Of a stretch of DNA of 64,000 nucleotides, positions 48,182 through 57,810 are shown in pieces. A program made the translations under genes and the position numbers. The DNA is from Phycisphaerae bacterium. Lineage in GTDB: Bacteria; Planctomycetota; Phycisphaerae; UBA1845. The DNA is taken from the NCBI GenBank assembly GCA_963666835.2, contig CAXXGO010000001.1, positions 1,760,001 to 1,824,000 of the forward strand, given 5' to 3'. The notes beneath the pieces were generated by a model, which was not told where the DNA came from, made no database searches, and was given only the letters and a program-made list of their open reading frames with translations. Within the stretch, counting starts at the first letter, position 1. Each line of letters opens with the position of its first letter.

Positions 48182-49531
48182 ATGACGCTAATCGTGAGTG
48201 ATGGACAACTCAAATCGGTGAGTGTCGGGTTCCTGGCCGTCACACGGCGTCTGGTTATCTGCGCTACGGCTGCGGTCGCCCTGGTCTTCGCGGTTGGGAC
48301 GCACGTATTGCTCGACCGGCAGACTCGTCTGGCGGTTGTGGCTGAGGCCCGGCTGTGCGCTTCAGCTCTCACCCCCGGTCCGAACGGGGATCTGACCGAA
48401 TCCGTCGAACGGTTGCGTTCCCGGCACGGTCGTCTCGTCGCTGTCGCATCGCTGGGGCCTACCGGGCGGGTCGAAGCCGCCTATCCCTCTGCAGATCGAG
48501 GTTTCCGCGAGGCCGCGAACACGGCGGCGGAAGCCCGGTCGGAAGCCGTGGCCGTCACCGCCGCCGGCGGAGGGGCACGGCACGAATTGTGGGGCGTGAA
48601 TCTCCCACTGAACGGGACAGAAAGCCCGGCGTCGTGGCGAGTGGTCATCCTGTTGACGCGAGATCGCGGCTACAGCGTATGGCTGGTCGCGACAGGTGTG
48701 GTTGCGGCCCTCGCCGCCGTGGGTCTCGGTCTTGGAGCTTGGGGACTGAGTCGCTGGTTCGAGGGCAACGTGACCCAGCCGTTGCGGCGAATCGCTACGT
48801 CTGCTCGCAATACGCGGTCTACGGGTGGAGTCCGGCCGAGTTTACGGGGCAACGTCTGGCGCGAGACCGAGGATATCGCAGAGTGTTTGCGCCGTCACGT
48901 CGAGCAGGGGCAAGAGACTCAGGCATATACCAAGCAAGTCGAGTACGAAGCTCAGCAACAAGTTCGGCTGCACCAGAAACGCCTCGATAATCGCCTGCGC
49001 CGGGCAGAGGACCGAGCGACGATGGACGCCCTGACCGGGTTGCGGAACCGCCACTTCCTGGAGAGCGAACTTGGTCCGTTGTTTGATCGCCAGCGGGGGG
49101 CACGGCGCGACCTCGCGGCAGTCGTATTCGATGTGGACAATTTCAAGCCGCTCAATGATACGCGGGGACACGAGGCCGGGGACGACATCCTCAGGTTTCT
49201 TGGTGAGCTACTCCGGGCCGCGATTCGCCCGACCGATTTCGCCGTTCGGATGGGCGGAGACGAGTTCCTTCTCCTTCTGCCCGACGTCAACACGAGACAG
49301 GCGAACAGTATCGCCGAGCGGATTGTCAGGCTCTTTGCCCAATACGCCGGGCGGCTGGGCCAGTCCCCGGCGGTGTCACTCAGCGCGGGCATAGCCACGC
49401 TCAGATCGACCGAAGGCGCAGACGGTGGGGAGCTGCTCGCCGCAGCGGACGCTGCGCTCTACCGGGCCAAAGGGCAGGGTAAGAACTCAGTCAGCACTGC
49501 CGAAGACGCTCCAATCGGCCCCGGCCGGTGA
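48182..49531 (+). CDS. Membrane-anchored diguanylate cyclase
   Basis: Two TM segments, DALTGLRNR, DVDNFKPLNDTRGH, RPTD I-site, intact GGDEF. Confidence 0.92.
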   Translation: MTLIVSDGQLKSVSVGFLAVTRRLVICATAAVALVFAVGTHVLLDRQTRLAVVAEARLCASALTPGPNGDLTESVERLRSRHGRLVAVASLGPTGRVEAAYPSADRGFREAANTAAEARSEAVAVTAAGGGARHELWGVNLPLNGTESPASWRVVILLTRDRGYSVWLVATGVVAALAAVGLGLGAWGLSRWFEGNVTQPLRRIATSARNTRSTGGVRPSLRGNVWRETEDIAECLRRHVEQGQETQAYTKQVEYEAQQQVRLHQKRLDNRLRRAEDRATMDALTGLRNRHFLESELGPLFDRQRGARRDLAAVVFDVDNFKPLNDTRGHEAGDDILRFLGELLRAAIRPTDFAVRMGGDEFLLLLPDVNTRQANSIAERIVRLFAQYAGRLGQSPAVSLSAGIATLRSTEGADGGELLAAADAALYRAKGQGKNSVSTAEDAPIGPGR

Positions 49532-49795
49532 CTCGCTCGGGCAGGACGCCGGCGTTCGGACAATCCCGTACGTGACAACTACCGTCTCTCTCGCAACACC
49601 CGTTCCAGGGGGGCGAGATTGGGAATCGTAGCGGCGGGCATCCGATGTCGCTAACATGAGGAAGAGGTGCCGGGCCTAACGCTAAGCCGGCGCCGGTCGG
49701 TCGGGTCGCGGCGGCGGCGAAGACGCTACGGAACAGCCCTGACCAACTTGTTTTGACGTTACGGTCGGATCGAAACGACCCGGGAATATCAAACC

Positions 49796-51499
49796 ATGAG
49801 TACAGACGAGGCCAAGCCATCCCTGAACTTCATTCAGGAAATCGTCGAGGATGATCTCAAGACGGGCAAATGGGACGGGCGCGTTCACACGCGTTTTCCG
49901 CCCGAACCGAACGGGTACCTGCACATCGGACACGCCAAGTCCATCTGTCTGAATTTCGGGCTCGCGGCCGCGTACCCCGGCGGACTGTGCAACCTGCGGT
50001 TCGACGACACCAATCCCATCAAGGAAGAGGACGAGTACGTCAACTCGATCATCGAGGACGTCCGCTGGCTGGGCTTCGATTGGGGAGACCGGCTCTGCTA
50101 CGGATCGGGGTACTTCGAGCAGATGTACGAGTGGGCCGTGCAACTAATCAAGGCCGGGCTGGCATACGTATGTGATCTGAACGCGGAGGAGACCCGACAG
50201 TATCGTGGCACGCTGACCACGCCGGGGCGGAACAGTCCGTATCGCGATCGAAGCGTCGAGGAGAACCTCGATCTGTTCACCCGCATGCGGGCGGGCGAGT
50301 TCCCCGATGGCTCGCGCACCCTCCGGGCCAAGATCGACATGGCATCTGCGAACCTGAATATGCGTGATCCGGTGATGTATCGAATCCTGCGGGCCCACCA
50401 CCATCGCACCGGTGATGAATGGTGCGTCTACCCGATGTACGACTGGGCACACGGGCTGGAGGATTCGATCGAGGGGATCACGCACTCGATCTGTACGTTG
50501 GAATTCGAGAACCACCGCCCGCTGTACGATTGGTTTATTGACCAATTGGGCATTTACCATCCCCAGCAGATCGAATTCGCCCGCCTCGAGTTGACTTACA
50601 CCGTGATGAGCAAGCGGAGGCTGCTCGAGCTGGTTAGTGACAGGCACGTTTCAGGTTGGGATGACCCACGGATGCCGACGTTGTCGGGCCTCCGTCGCCG
50701 CGGCTTTACGCCTGAGTCCATCCGTACATTTTGCCAGCGGATCGGCGTGGCGAAGTTCAACAGCGTGATCGACATCGCTCGCCTGGAGCATGCTATCCGC
50801 GAGGAACTGAACATAAGCGCGCCGCGGACGATGGCCGTGCTTCGCCCGTTGCGCGTGGTTATCGAAAACTACCCGGAGCAGCAGGTCGAGGAGCTGGACG
50901 CCGTTAACAACCCCGAGGACGCGAGCATGGGCACGCGCAAAGTGCCGTTCTCCCGCGTGCTGTACATCGAACGTGACGACTTCCACGAAGATCCGCCGCG
51001 GAAGTTCTTCCGACTTGCGCCCGGGCGGGAAGTCCGCTTACGCTATGCATACTTCATCACTTGCAATCAGGTCGTCAAAGACGGGAACACCGGCGAGGTC
51101 GTCGAATTGCGGTGTACCTACGATCCCGCCACGCGCGGCGGAGATGCTCCGGACGGGCGCAAGGTGAAAGCAACCTTGCATTGGGTTTCGGCGGAACATG
51201 CCCACGAGGCCGAGGTGCGCCTTTACGATCACCTGTTTACCAAGGAAGATCCCAATGACGTCGAACAGGGCGCGGATTACAGGTCGAACCTCAACCCGGA
51301 CTCGTTGGAGGTTCTGCAATCGGCCCTCGTCGAGCCCGGGCTGGCCAAGGCGACTCCGGGAGATCGGTTCCAGTTCGAACGTCAGGGCTACTTCTGCGTC
51401 GACCCGGATTCGTCCGCAGAGAAACTGGTATTCAATCGAACGGTCACTTTGAAAGACACTTGGGCAAAGATCCAGAAGCAGCAATCGCAGAAGAAGTAG
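49796..51499 (+). CDS. glnS: Glutamine--tRNA ligase
   Basis: [33 protein letters not shown]. Confidence 0.97.
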   Translation: MSTDEAKPSLNFIQEIVEDDLKTGKWDGRVHTRFPPEPNGYLHIGHAKSICLNFGLAAAYPGGLCNLRFDDTNPIKEEDEYVNSIIEDVRWLGFDWGDRLCYGSGYFEQMYEWAVQLIKAGLAYVCDLNAEETRQYRGTLTTPGRNSPYRDRSVEENLDLFTRMRAGEFPDGSRTLRAKIDMASANLNMRDPVMYRILRAHHHRTGDEWCVYPMYDWAHGLEDSIEGITHSICTLEFENHRPLYDWFIDQLGIYHPQQIEFARLELTYTVMSKRRLLELVSDRHVSGWDDPRMPTLSGLRRRGFTPESIRTFCQRIGVAKFNSVIDIARLEHAIREELNISAPRTMAVLRPLRVVIENYPEQQVEELDAVNNPEDASMGTRKVPFSRVLYIERDDFHEDPPRKFFRLAPGREVRLRYAYFITCNQVVKDGNTGEVVELRCTYDPATRGGDAPDGRKVKATLHWVSAEHAHEAEVRLYDHLFTKEDPNDVEQGADYRSNLNPDSLEVLQSALVEPGLAKATPGDRFQFERQGYFCVDPDSSAEKLVFNRTVTLKDTWAKIQKQQSQKK

Positions 51500-51608
51500 T
51501 AGGTCGGGGTATCCGAATAGCCTGCTCGCGGTGAGCGAGGCACTGGTTCTACCTTTCATGTGTGGACTTGCCATGCCACGGGCAGAGTCCGCAGCCGGAG
51601 AGGCCAAC

Positions 51609-53486
51609 ATGGATACTCATCAGAAGGTGCTACTTGTCGATGCCGGAACGGCGTTCTATCGGGTCGATCGTTTCAACGTCGGTGAGCCTTTCTTCGGCCC
51701 GGTTGATCTCGGGCTTCACCTGGCCGGGAAGTTCAACTCGCTGAACGTCGGCGCGGGGCTGCTGGCCGGCTCGATCTTCCCCGGGTCCAATCGGTTGATA
51801 GTCACCGGCTTCTCGCCGTGTTGGGGTGGATTCTACATCTCGACAATGGGCGGGGCGGCGTTGGTTTTCGACAACCTGGGGGTCAATATGCTCTCGATTG
51901 TCGGGCGTGCGTCCACGCCTTCGATCCTGTATTTGAACCGAACCGGCGGTGAGGAAGTTCACGTGCGAATCGTCCCCGTTGATGTCCACGCCGTCTGGAA
52001 CGGCGGGCGCCGCGGCGTATATTCAATGATGGACCATGCCTTTGAACGGTTCGGAAGCGAGTACCCGAACGATCCGCGCATCCTGGCCGTGGGACCCGCG
52101 GCGGAGGCTACCGACTTCGGCGCCATCGCGTCGGTTCCTATCACGCGCGGTACGCTGACGCATGTTGACACCTGGGCCGGCCGCGGTGGGTTCGGATCGA
52201 AGCTCTTTCAGGAGCACAACCTCGCGGCCATCATCTACGGCGGCACGTTCGTGGATGAGGACTTCCGTGATCGAAGAGTGGCGGACGAGTGGTTCGTAGA
52301 CAAATACCAGAAGAAACTCAAGGCCAAGGACCTCGAAGCGACTACGAAATACCGGTTCGATCCGCGGTTCGAAACCGGAGGGACGTTCGGCGTCAACTAC
52401 ACCACGCTGGCCGGCAACATGCTTTCCTTCAACTACCGAAGCGTGTTCGCGAGCGAGGACGAACGGCTGGACCTGCACCGCAAGTTCATCGTCGACCACT
52501 ATCTCAAGCAGTTCAACGAAGAGACCATTCAACCGCGCAAACAGCAGACCTGCGGCGAGCCCTGCGCGGCGGTCTGCAAGAAGATGCACGGCGAGTACAA
52601 GAAGGACTATGAGCCGTATCAAACGCTCGGACCTCTGTCCGGAGTATTCGATCAACGCGCCGCCGAGAAGATCGTTCGGCACGCCGACATGTACGGGTTC
52701 GACGCCATCTCCGCCGGGGGAGTGGTTTCGTGGCTGATGGAATGCCTTTCTGAAAACCTGCTCGCTCCGGAGGAACTCGGGGTGACCGAGCGGCCGGTGT
52801 TCTCTCCAGAGGGCTTTGACGTCGTATCCGATTCGATGCACAACGCCACGCTGGGAATGGGCTTGCTGGACTCGATCATCGAGAAACGCGGCATTCTAGA
52901 TCTTGCAGAAGGCCCGCGCAAGCTTGCCCGGCAGCTCGCCCGCCGGCGTGGGCGAGAAGTCCTCGATCCGTTCGTCTACACCGCTTATGCCCGCCGCGGG
53001 TGGATGGTACCCAACCAATACTGGACTCCGGGGGCATTTGCGCCCATGGCGATCATGGGCAAGTACTACATGTACTATGGCTACGATTTTCTGCCCCCGC
53101 GCGAGCTGGGCCGACGCTGCGCTACTCAGATGAAGACGGAGCTGGTCCTGGATAACACCGGAATGTGTCGGTTCCATCGGGGGTGGGCGGAGGGGATGAT
53201 CCCGGAAGTCATCGGAGCCCTGTACGGCCTGCAGAAGGAGTTCCGCAAGACCACGGCCATCACGGCCGGGCGGATTAATGCCAGAAACTCGTCACTGTTC
53301 TGGGAGTCGGGCCGCAATATCGACATCATCCACAACTTTCTGAAGAGGAAACACACGGCAGACGGCGTAAACGATGCCGAGTTGCTCGAGTGGATCGATC
53401 GTTTCGAGGCCGACCGGCACGAGGCCGCCCTCGGTTTCTGGTACGACATCCACAAGGGTATTCTGGAATCCTTGCGGGAGTTCTGA
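51609..53486 (+). CDS. Tungsten/molybdenum AOR-family oxidoreductase, GAPOR-like
   Basis: GSIFPGSNRL, STMGGA, WAGRGGFGS, TKYRFDP..TGGTFG.NY, TCGEPCAAVCKK, DYEPY, CRFHRGWAE resemble archaeal GAPOR as recalled. Confidence 0.75.
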   Translation: MDTHQKVLLVDAGTAFYRVDRFNVGEPFFGPVDLGLHLAGKFNSLNVGAGLLAGSIFPGSNRLIVTGFSPCWGGFYISTMGGAALVFDNLGVNMLSIVGRASTPSILYLNRTGGEEVHVRIVPVDVHAVWNGGRRGVYSMMDHAFERFGSEYPNDPRILAVGPAAEATDFGAIASVPITRGTLTHVDTWAGRGGFGSKLFQEHNLAAIIYGGTFVDEDFRDRRVADEWFVDKYQKKLKAKDLEATTKYRFDPRFETGGTFGVNYTTLAGNMLSFNYRSVFASEDERLDLHRKFIVDHYLKQFNEETIQPRKQQTCGEPCAAVCKKMHGEYKKDYEPYQTLGPLSGVFDQRAAEKIVRHADMYGFDAISAGGVVSWLMECLSENLLAPEELGVTERPVFSPEGFDVVSDSMHNATLGMGLLDSIIEKRGILDLAEGPRKLARQLARRRGREVLDPFVYTAYARRGWMVPNQYWTPGAFAPMAIMGKYYMYYGYDFLPPRELGRRCATQMKTELVLDNTGMCRFHRGWAEGMIPEVIGALYGLQKEFRKTTAITAGRINARNSSLFWESGRNIDIIHNFLKRKHTADGVNDAELLEWIDRFEADRHEAALGFWYDIHKGILESLREF

Positions 53487-53520
53487 CCGGCAACGGTGCC
53501 CTGCAAGTGATGACAACGTG

Positions 53521-54276
53521 GTGGCATGGGTCAACTTGTTGACCCATGGGGCGTCCGGGTGGCCCATCTGCTCAGTTGGGTGGCCCATCTCTTTAGAGGT
53601 GGCGTATCCGGCATCCGAAGCGCAGGCATCCTGCCTGCGGCATGTCGGACAAAGCCGTGCGTAACGCAGGTATCCTGCCTGCAGAGTATGTCGAAAAACG
53701 CCGGCGGCGTCGGCAGGGCAGCGTCGGCGGATGTAGGGCAGGTCGAGGTAGGAGACCTGCCGCAATGACGCGCGACGCGCGAAGACTATGGCAGGTCTCG
53801 TTCCTCGACCGTGCCCTACGAATGATGCCAACGTGGTGTCATGGGTCAACTTGTTGACCCGTGGAATGCCCAGCATCTGTAGCGCAGGCATTCTGCCTGC
53901 AGCATGTCGGACAAAGCCGTGCGTAACGCAGGCATCCTGCCTGCAGAGTATGTCGAACAACGCCGGCGGCGTCGGCGGATGTAGGGCAGGTCGAGGCACG
54001 AGACCTGCCGCAATGACGCGCGACGCGCCAAGACCATGGCAGGTCTCGTTCCTCGACCGTGCCCTACGAATGATGCCAGACGGGTGGCATGAGTCAACTT
54101 GTTGACCCGTGGAATGCCCAGCATCTGTAGCGCAGGCATCCTGCCTGCAGTATGTCGAATAACGCGGTGCGTAACGCAGGCATCCTGCCTGCAGCATGTC
54201 GGACAAAGCTGTGCGTAACGCAGGCATTCTGCCTGCGGCATGTCGGACAAAGCCGTGCGTAACGCAGACATCCTGC
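53521..54276. repeat. BIME-like mosaic array of several REP families
   Basis: CATG(G/A)GTCAACTTGTTGACCC palindromes at ~53521, 53836, 54085; 44-bp units GTA(A/G)CGCAGGCATCCTGCCTGC.. at 53617, 53661, 53879, 53923, 54127, 54171, 54215, 54259; GTAGGGCAGGTCGAGG REPIN pairs. Confidence 0.9.
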
Positions 54277-55813
54277 CAATAATGTCCGGAACCCGTTGAT
54301 TTCACGGCGGATCCGGGCTCGCTGGCGTGAGCCGCGAGCTGAGGCGGTGCGCGGGCGGCGCAGGCCCCGTGGAGCGACGGGCGCAAGCTGCCTTACTCGG
54401 CGCATACCGATAGCCGCGCTGGTCGGGCTGCGGACCGGCGCGGAACGCTACTTCCTGTTTTTTTCGCGTTGCCGTTCGGCGGCGCGGCGGCGTTCACGAC
54501 GCCGTCGCTCAGCAATCTCGAACGATCCTTGCCGCGGCATTAACCCGGAAACTACGGCTGAGACAATCACAAAGTCGTATTTCGATGGCCGCGAGCCAGT
54601 CTCGACCGCGATCAGCAGCAACGCCACCATCATCACGTAGACCTGCACGGTCATCCCGGATTCGTCTTCCGAGAAGAAATGCTGGAAACTCGCAGAACTC
54701 TTCAGCCATCGGAAGAACAGCTCTACTTGCCACCGGTGCTGGTAGATCAGCGCGATCATCCAGGCCGGGATGTCCAACAAGTCCGTAAGCAAACGCATCC
54801 GCTTCTGTTTACCTTCGCGGTCGGTGAACTCGACCACTACCTCACGTAAACGCGGTAAGTCGTGCGCCTCGGGATCAACGCCCAAGGTAACCTCGGTGTC
54901 GATCGCAACACCTGCGGCCACATCCTCATCGCTGAGCGGTTTGACCCTTACGGAATTGGTATGCACGTTCTTACGCAAACGCACGACGAAGGAACTCTTG
55001 ACCTTAATGATTTCCTCGAGGAGGCCATACGATTGAAAACCGCGGTCCATGACGTACAGGCAATCGGGCTCAAGATGCGTTCCGAGCACCTTGGCTTCAC
55101 GCATCTGTCCATCCGTGACCGTGCAACATTCGGGAACGCCCTTGAGGACATCGAAATCGACGTGCACGCGGATCTGGCCCTTACGGACCCCCTTCTTCTC
55201 GGATTGGTTGTACAACGCCCAGGCGATTCGCGGAGCCACCGCGAAGAAGGTGCCGTCGACGGCCAGGAGCTTCTGTGTCAGGCTACCCAGGCGGTTGTCA
55301 TGTGGTTGGATGTCGGCACGCTCCACAAGCGAGTCGATCAACGGCAGCAGTAGGGCCGGGTCGAAGACCTTCTGGGCGTCGGAGACTGTGCTCTTGGGCA
55401 TCCGAGGGATTCCATACCGCTTTCGAATCCGAGGATGTTCGAAGAGATCCTCGATGCTGCGCAGGCCTGTAACCGACGGGTTGAAGAAGGCCAACAGGTG
55501 AGCCACCACCAGTTGATCGTAGAACACGTCCCGGTTGGCGTGGGCCGGCTGGTCATGGAGGTGTTCGAGGTAGTCTTCGATCAGTCGTGTGTAGCGGATT
55601 CCGATCAAATCGGGCGGCAACTTGGCCCGGCGCGCACGCCTTTTGCGCTTCTCCTCTGCTTTCTGGGCTTTCTTTCGCCTGCGCGTCATCGTGCCCAGAG
55701 TAGAGCACAAAGTGAGGCTGGGCGCAAGTTTGGTTTATGTTAGGTTGGCTGCACGCCTTCTGAGGGCCCGCGCCCACCGCCCCGAACTCCCCCGAGAATC
55801 CCGGACACTATTG
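54277..55813 (-). mobile_element. IS4-family insertion sequence (~1.54 kb)
   Basis: Terminal inverted repeats CAATAATGTCCGGA / CAATAGTGTCCGGG; flanking duplication (a/g)CATCCTGC; encloses a DDE transposase. Confidence 0.9.
54448..55689 (-). CDS. IS4-family DDE transposase
   Basis: AVDGT, VMDRGF, YQHRWQVELFFRWLK (YREK-like signature). Confidence 0.93.
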   Translation of the reverse strand: MTRRRKKAQKAEEKRKRRARRAKLPPDLIGIRYTRLIEDYLEHLHDQPAHANRDVFYDQLVVAHLLAFFNPSVTGLRSIEDLFEHPRIRKRYGIPRMPKSTVSDAQKVFDPALLLPLIDSLVERADIQPHDNRLGSLTQKLLAVDGTFFAVAPRIAWALYNQSEKKGVRKGQIRVHVDFDVLKGVPECCTVTDGQMREAKVLGTHLEPDCLYVMDRGFQSYGLLEEIIKVKSSFVVRLRKNVHTNSVRVKPLSDEDVAAGVAIDTEVTLGVDPEAHDLPRLREVVVEFTDREGKQKRMRLLTDLLDIPAWMIALIYQHRWQVELFFRWLKSSASFQHFFSEDESGMTVQVYVMMVALLLIAVETGSRPSKYDFVIVSAVVSGLMPRQGSFEIAERRRRERRRAAERQREKNRK

Positions 55814-56030
55814 GCATCCTGCCTGCAGCATGTCGGACAAAGCTGTGCGTAACGCAGGCATTCTGCCTGCGGCATGTCGGACAAAGCCGTGCGTAGCGCA
55901 GGCATTCTGCCTGCAGAGTATGTCGAAAAACGCCGGCGGCGTCGGCGGATGTAGGGCAGGTCGAGGTACGAGACCTGCCGCAATGACGCGCGAAGACCAT
56001 GGCAGGTCTCGTTCCTCGACCGTGCCCTAC
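55814..56030. repeat. Continuation of the REP mosaic after the IS
   Basis: 44-bp units at 55849 and 55893, then a GTAG-REP inverted pair at ~55951-56030. Confidence 0.9.
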
Positions 56031-56095
56031 GAGGAGCCCATTCGAATCGACAGATCCTGCAGCCGCACGACGTCAGCCCGGGGGATCGTTGAGGA

Positions 56096-56839
56096 TCACT
56101 CCCGCCGTTTCTTCACGGGCAGGCCTTGTCCCTTGTGAAGCACCTTGAGCGGGGTTCCTCCCGGCAGTTTCAGGACGAAGCGCGACGAGTTGATGTCGAT
56201 GTCCAATTCGATCTTGCTCAGCTCGATCGCGCTGGACGTGTTGCCGTCCTTGTCGTAACGAACCTCTTTCAGCAGTATCCCGTCCGGCCGGTAGGTCAGC
56301 AGAATCCTGGCGTCGGTACCTGTTTGCGTGGCGTCTTTTGCGACGGCTTCGACTACCAAGGTCGGTTCGGCGGCAGAGTCGGCCGACGGCAGCACCTTGA
56401 GTTCATACCGTCTGCGGAGAGACTCAAGGCGTTCTCGCGGATCATCCCCGCCGCAATTCACCCATTGTGCGGCCTTGTCCGTCCCGACGGTGTAGGAGAA
56501 CGTATGTTGCCCATCATCGATCCAAACGCGCTTCTCGACTGCCTTGGCAGTCTCGCTGCCGCTGACCGTTGTGATCTCATATTCTGCAGTGTCCAGCCGT
56601 GACATGATCGTGTTGTCGACCACCGCCTGCTGCAGGGTACCGCGACTGATCGTTTTGACCGTGCCGTCCGCCCGCCGTTGCTCGACAACGCGCTTAAACG
56701 TCGCCGTCATGGACTTGTGATTGCGCCAAGTGTCGGCAATACGTTTTTCCAGATCCTCCAGATCATTCGCAACGCACAAATGCGATGACGCACAGACGAC
56801 AGACACCGCCATTAAGATGATGGTCGACGTTCTTTCCAT
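56096..56839 (-). CDS. Secreted LolA-like fold protein
   Basis: Signal peptide; SMTATF, WIDDG..F.Y, C-terminal IELDIDINSSRFVLKLPGG resemble the LolA/LolB-like family. Confidence 0.6.
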   Translation of the reverse strand: MERTSTIILMAVSVVCASSHLCVANDLEDLEKRIADTWRNHKSMTATFKRVVEQRRADGTVKTISRGTLQQAVVDNTIMSRLDTAEYEITTVSGSETAKAVEKRVWIDDGQHTFSYTVGTDKAAQWVNCGGDDPRERLESLRRRYELKVLPSADSAAEPTLVVEAVAKDATQTGTDARILLTYRPDGILLKEVRYDKDGNTSSAIELSKIELDIDINSSRFVLKLPGGTPLKVLHKGQGLPVKKRRE

Positions 56840-57114
56840 TGTTTCGAACTCCGTGGTGAACAGCATGCGCAGACCCGGCAGCCGCGACTGCTACGTTCCG
56901 ATGACGTGAGCATACCGCGTCGGTTCCATCTCGGTCAACGGGTTTATATACCAAGTTCTCGGTACGACGACCCGCGTCGGTGGGCTCGGCCGCCCGATTG
57001 CCGCGTCGGTGTCGCCCTCGTTTGAGTAGTCGCCAAGCGCTCGCAGGCATCCTGTATTTACATATACCCGCCATCGCCGGCCCGGTTGCCGGAGTCGTCG
57101 AAATCGGCAAAGCG

Positions 57115-57195
57115 GCAGGGCAGGTCGAGGAACGCGACCTGCCGCAATGGCGAGCGAAGACCACGGCAGGTCTTGTTCCTCGACCATGCCCTGCG
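57115..57195. repeat. Degenerate REPIN with GCAG instead of GTAG ends
   Basis: GCAGGGCAGGTCGAGGAACGCGACCTGCC ... GGCAGGTCTTGTTCCTCGACCATGCCCTGC. Confidence 0.8.
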
Positions 57196-57260
57196 AGGGG
57201 CTTCGCGTGAAACGCGGAACGATTCCCCGATGTTCCGAGCCCGACGAGCCGGCGATAGCG

Positions 57261-57494
57261 TCACGTTTCAGCTTTCCGGTCATTGTTGGCTACGTGGGGG
57301 ACCAGTTGCCGGTCCGGTTGTCGCTGCCAGGTTCGGCCGCAACGACAGCACTCCAGGACGATTTGTCCCGCCGCCGTTTCGGCGTAGAACAACGCGCAAC
57401 CGCAAATGCAAAACTCTCTATCGGGTGATTTCATTCCGGGTTGACCTCCCGTAGCACGGGGTGCGGTTTGAGCGTTTAGTTTCATGACTCTCAT
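57261..57494 (-). CDS. Small Cys-rich Zn-ribbon-like protein (77 aa)
   Basis: GGAGGT RBS 6 nt before ATG; FCICGC...LECCRCGRTW. Confidence 0.6.
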   Translation of the reverse strand: MRVMKLNAQTAPRATGGQPGMKSPDREFCICGCALFYAETAAGQIVLECCRCGRTWQRQPDRQLVPHVANNDRKAET

Positions 57495-57563
57495 GTTGTC
57501 ACCTCCGCAGACTCTCCGCCGGCCGTCGCCTTTCCAAAGGCGAGCCCGGTCAGCGGCGATTGC

Positions 57564-57631
57564 AGCCTACACCGGGCGAGCGACAGATGAGGTCGGACCT
57601 AACATCCAAAGGGGCCCGACAGAGTAGGTCG
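57564..57631 (-). promoter_or_regulatory. Candidate WYL-activator-dependent promoter with two CGAC-N7-GTCG operators
   Basis: CGAC-agatgag-GTCG 57581-57595; CGAC-agagtag-GTCG 57617-57631; minus strand TGTCGC-N10-TAGGCT. Confidence 0.6.
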
Positions 57632-57810
57632 AGCCCCCGGGGTGTGGGGCGTGCCGGATGCTGCCGGTGGGATATCTTGGGGGCCGGGAGTTACGAAAAA
57701 AATCCGGATCGCCGGGATGTTAGGCTCGAAGACACGGTCCTTGCGGACGGTGTTCGGCGCGTCGCAGTCACGTGGAAAGGTACAGAAGTTCCCGGCTCGG
57801 GCGGCGTGTC

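Noticed and set aside
53617..54276. CRISPR-like 44-bp periodic repeats
   Set aside because: The linkers are near-identical copies, not unique spacers
53292..54386. 364-aa ORF and similar ORFs over repeats (9627-10148, 61909-63057)
   Set aside because: They are translations of REP arrays (AGRMPA, GHGRGTRPA) with no RBS or domain signal
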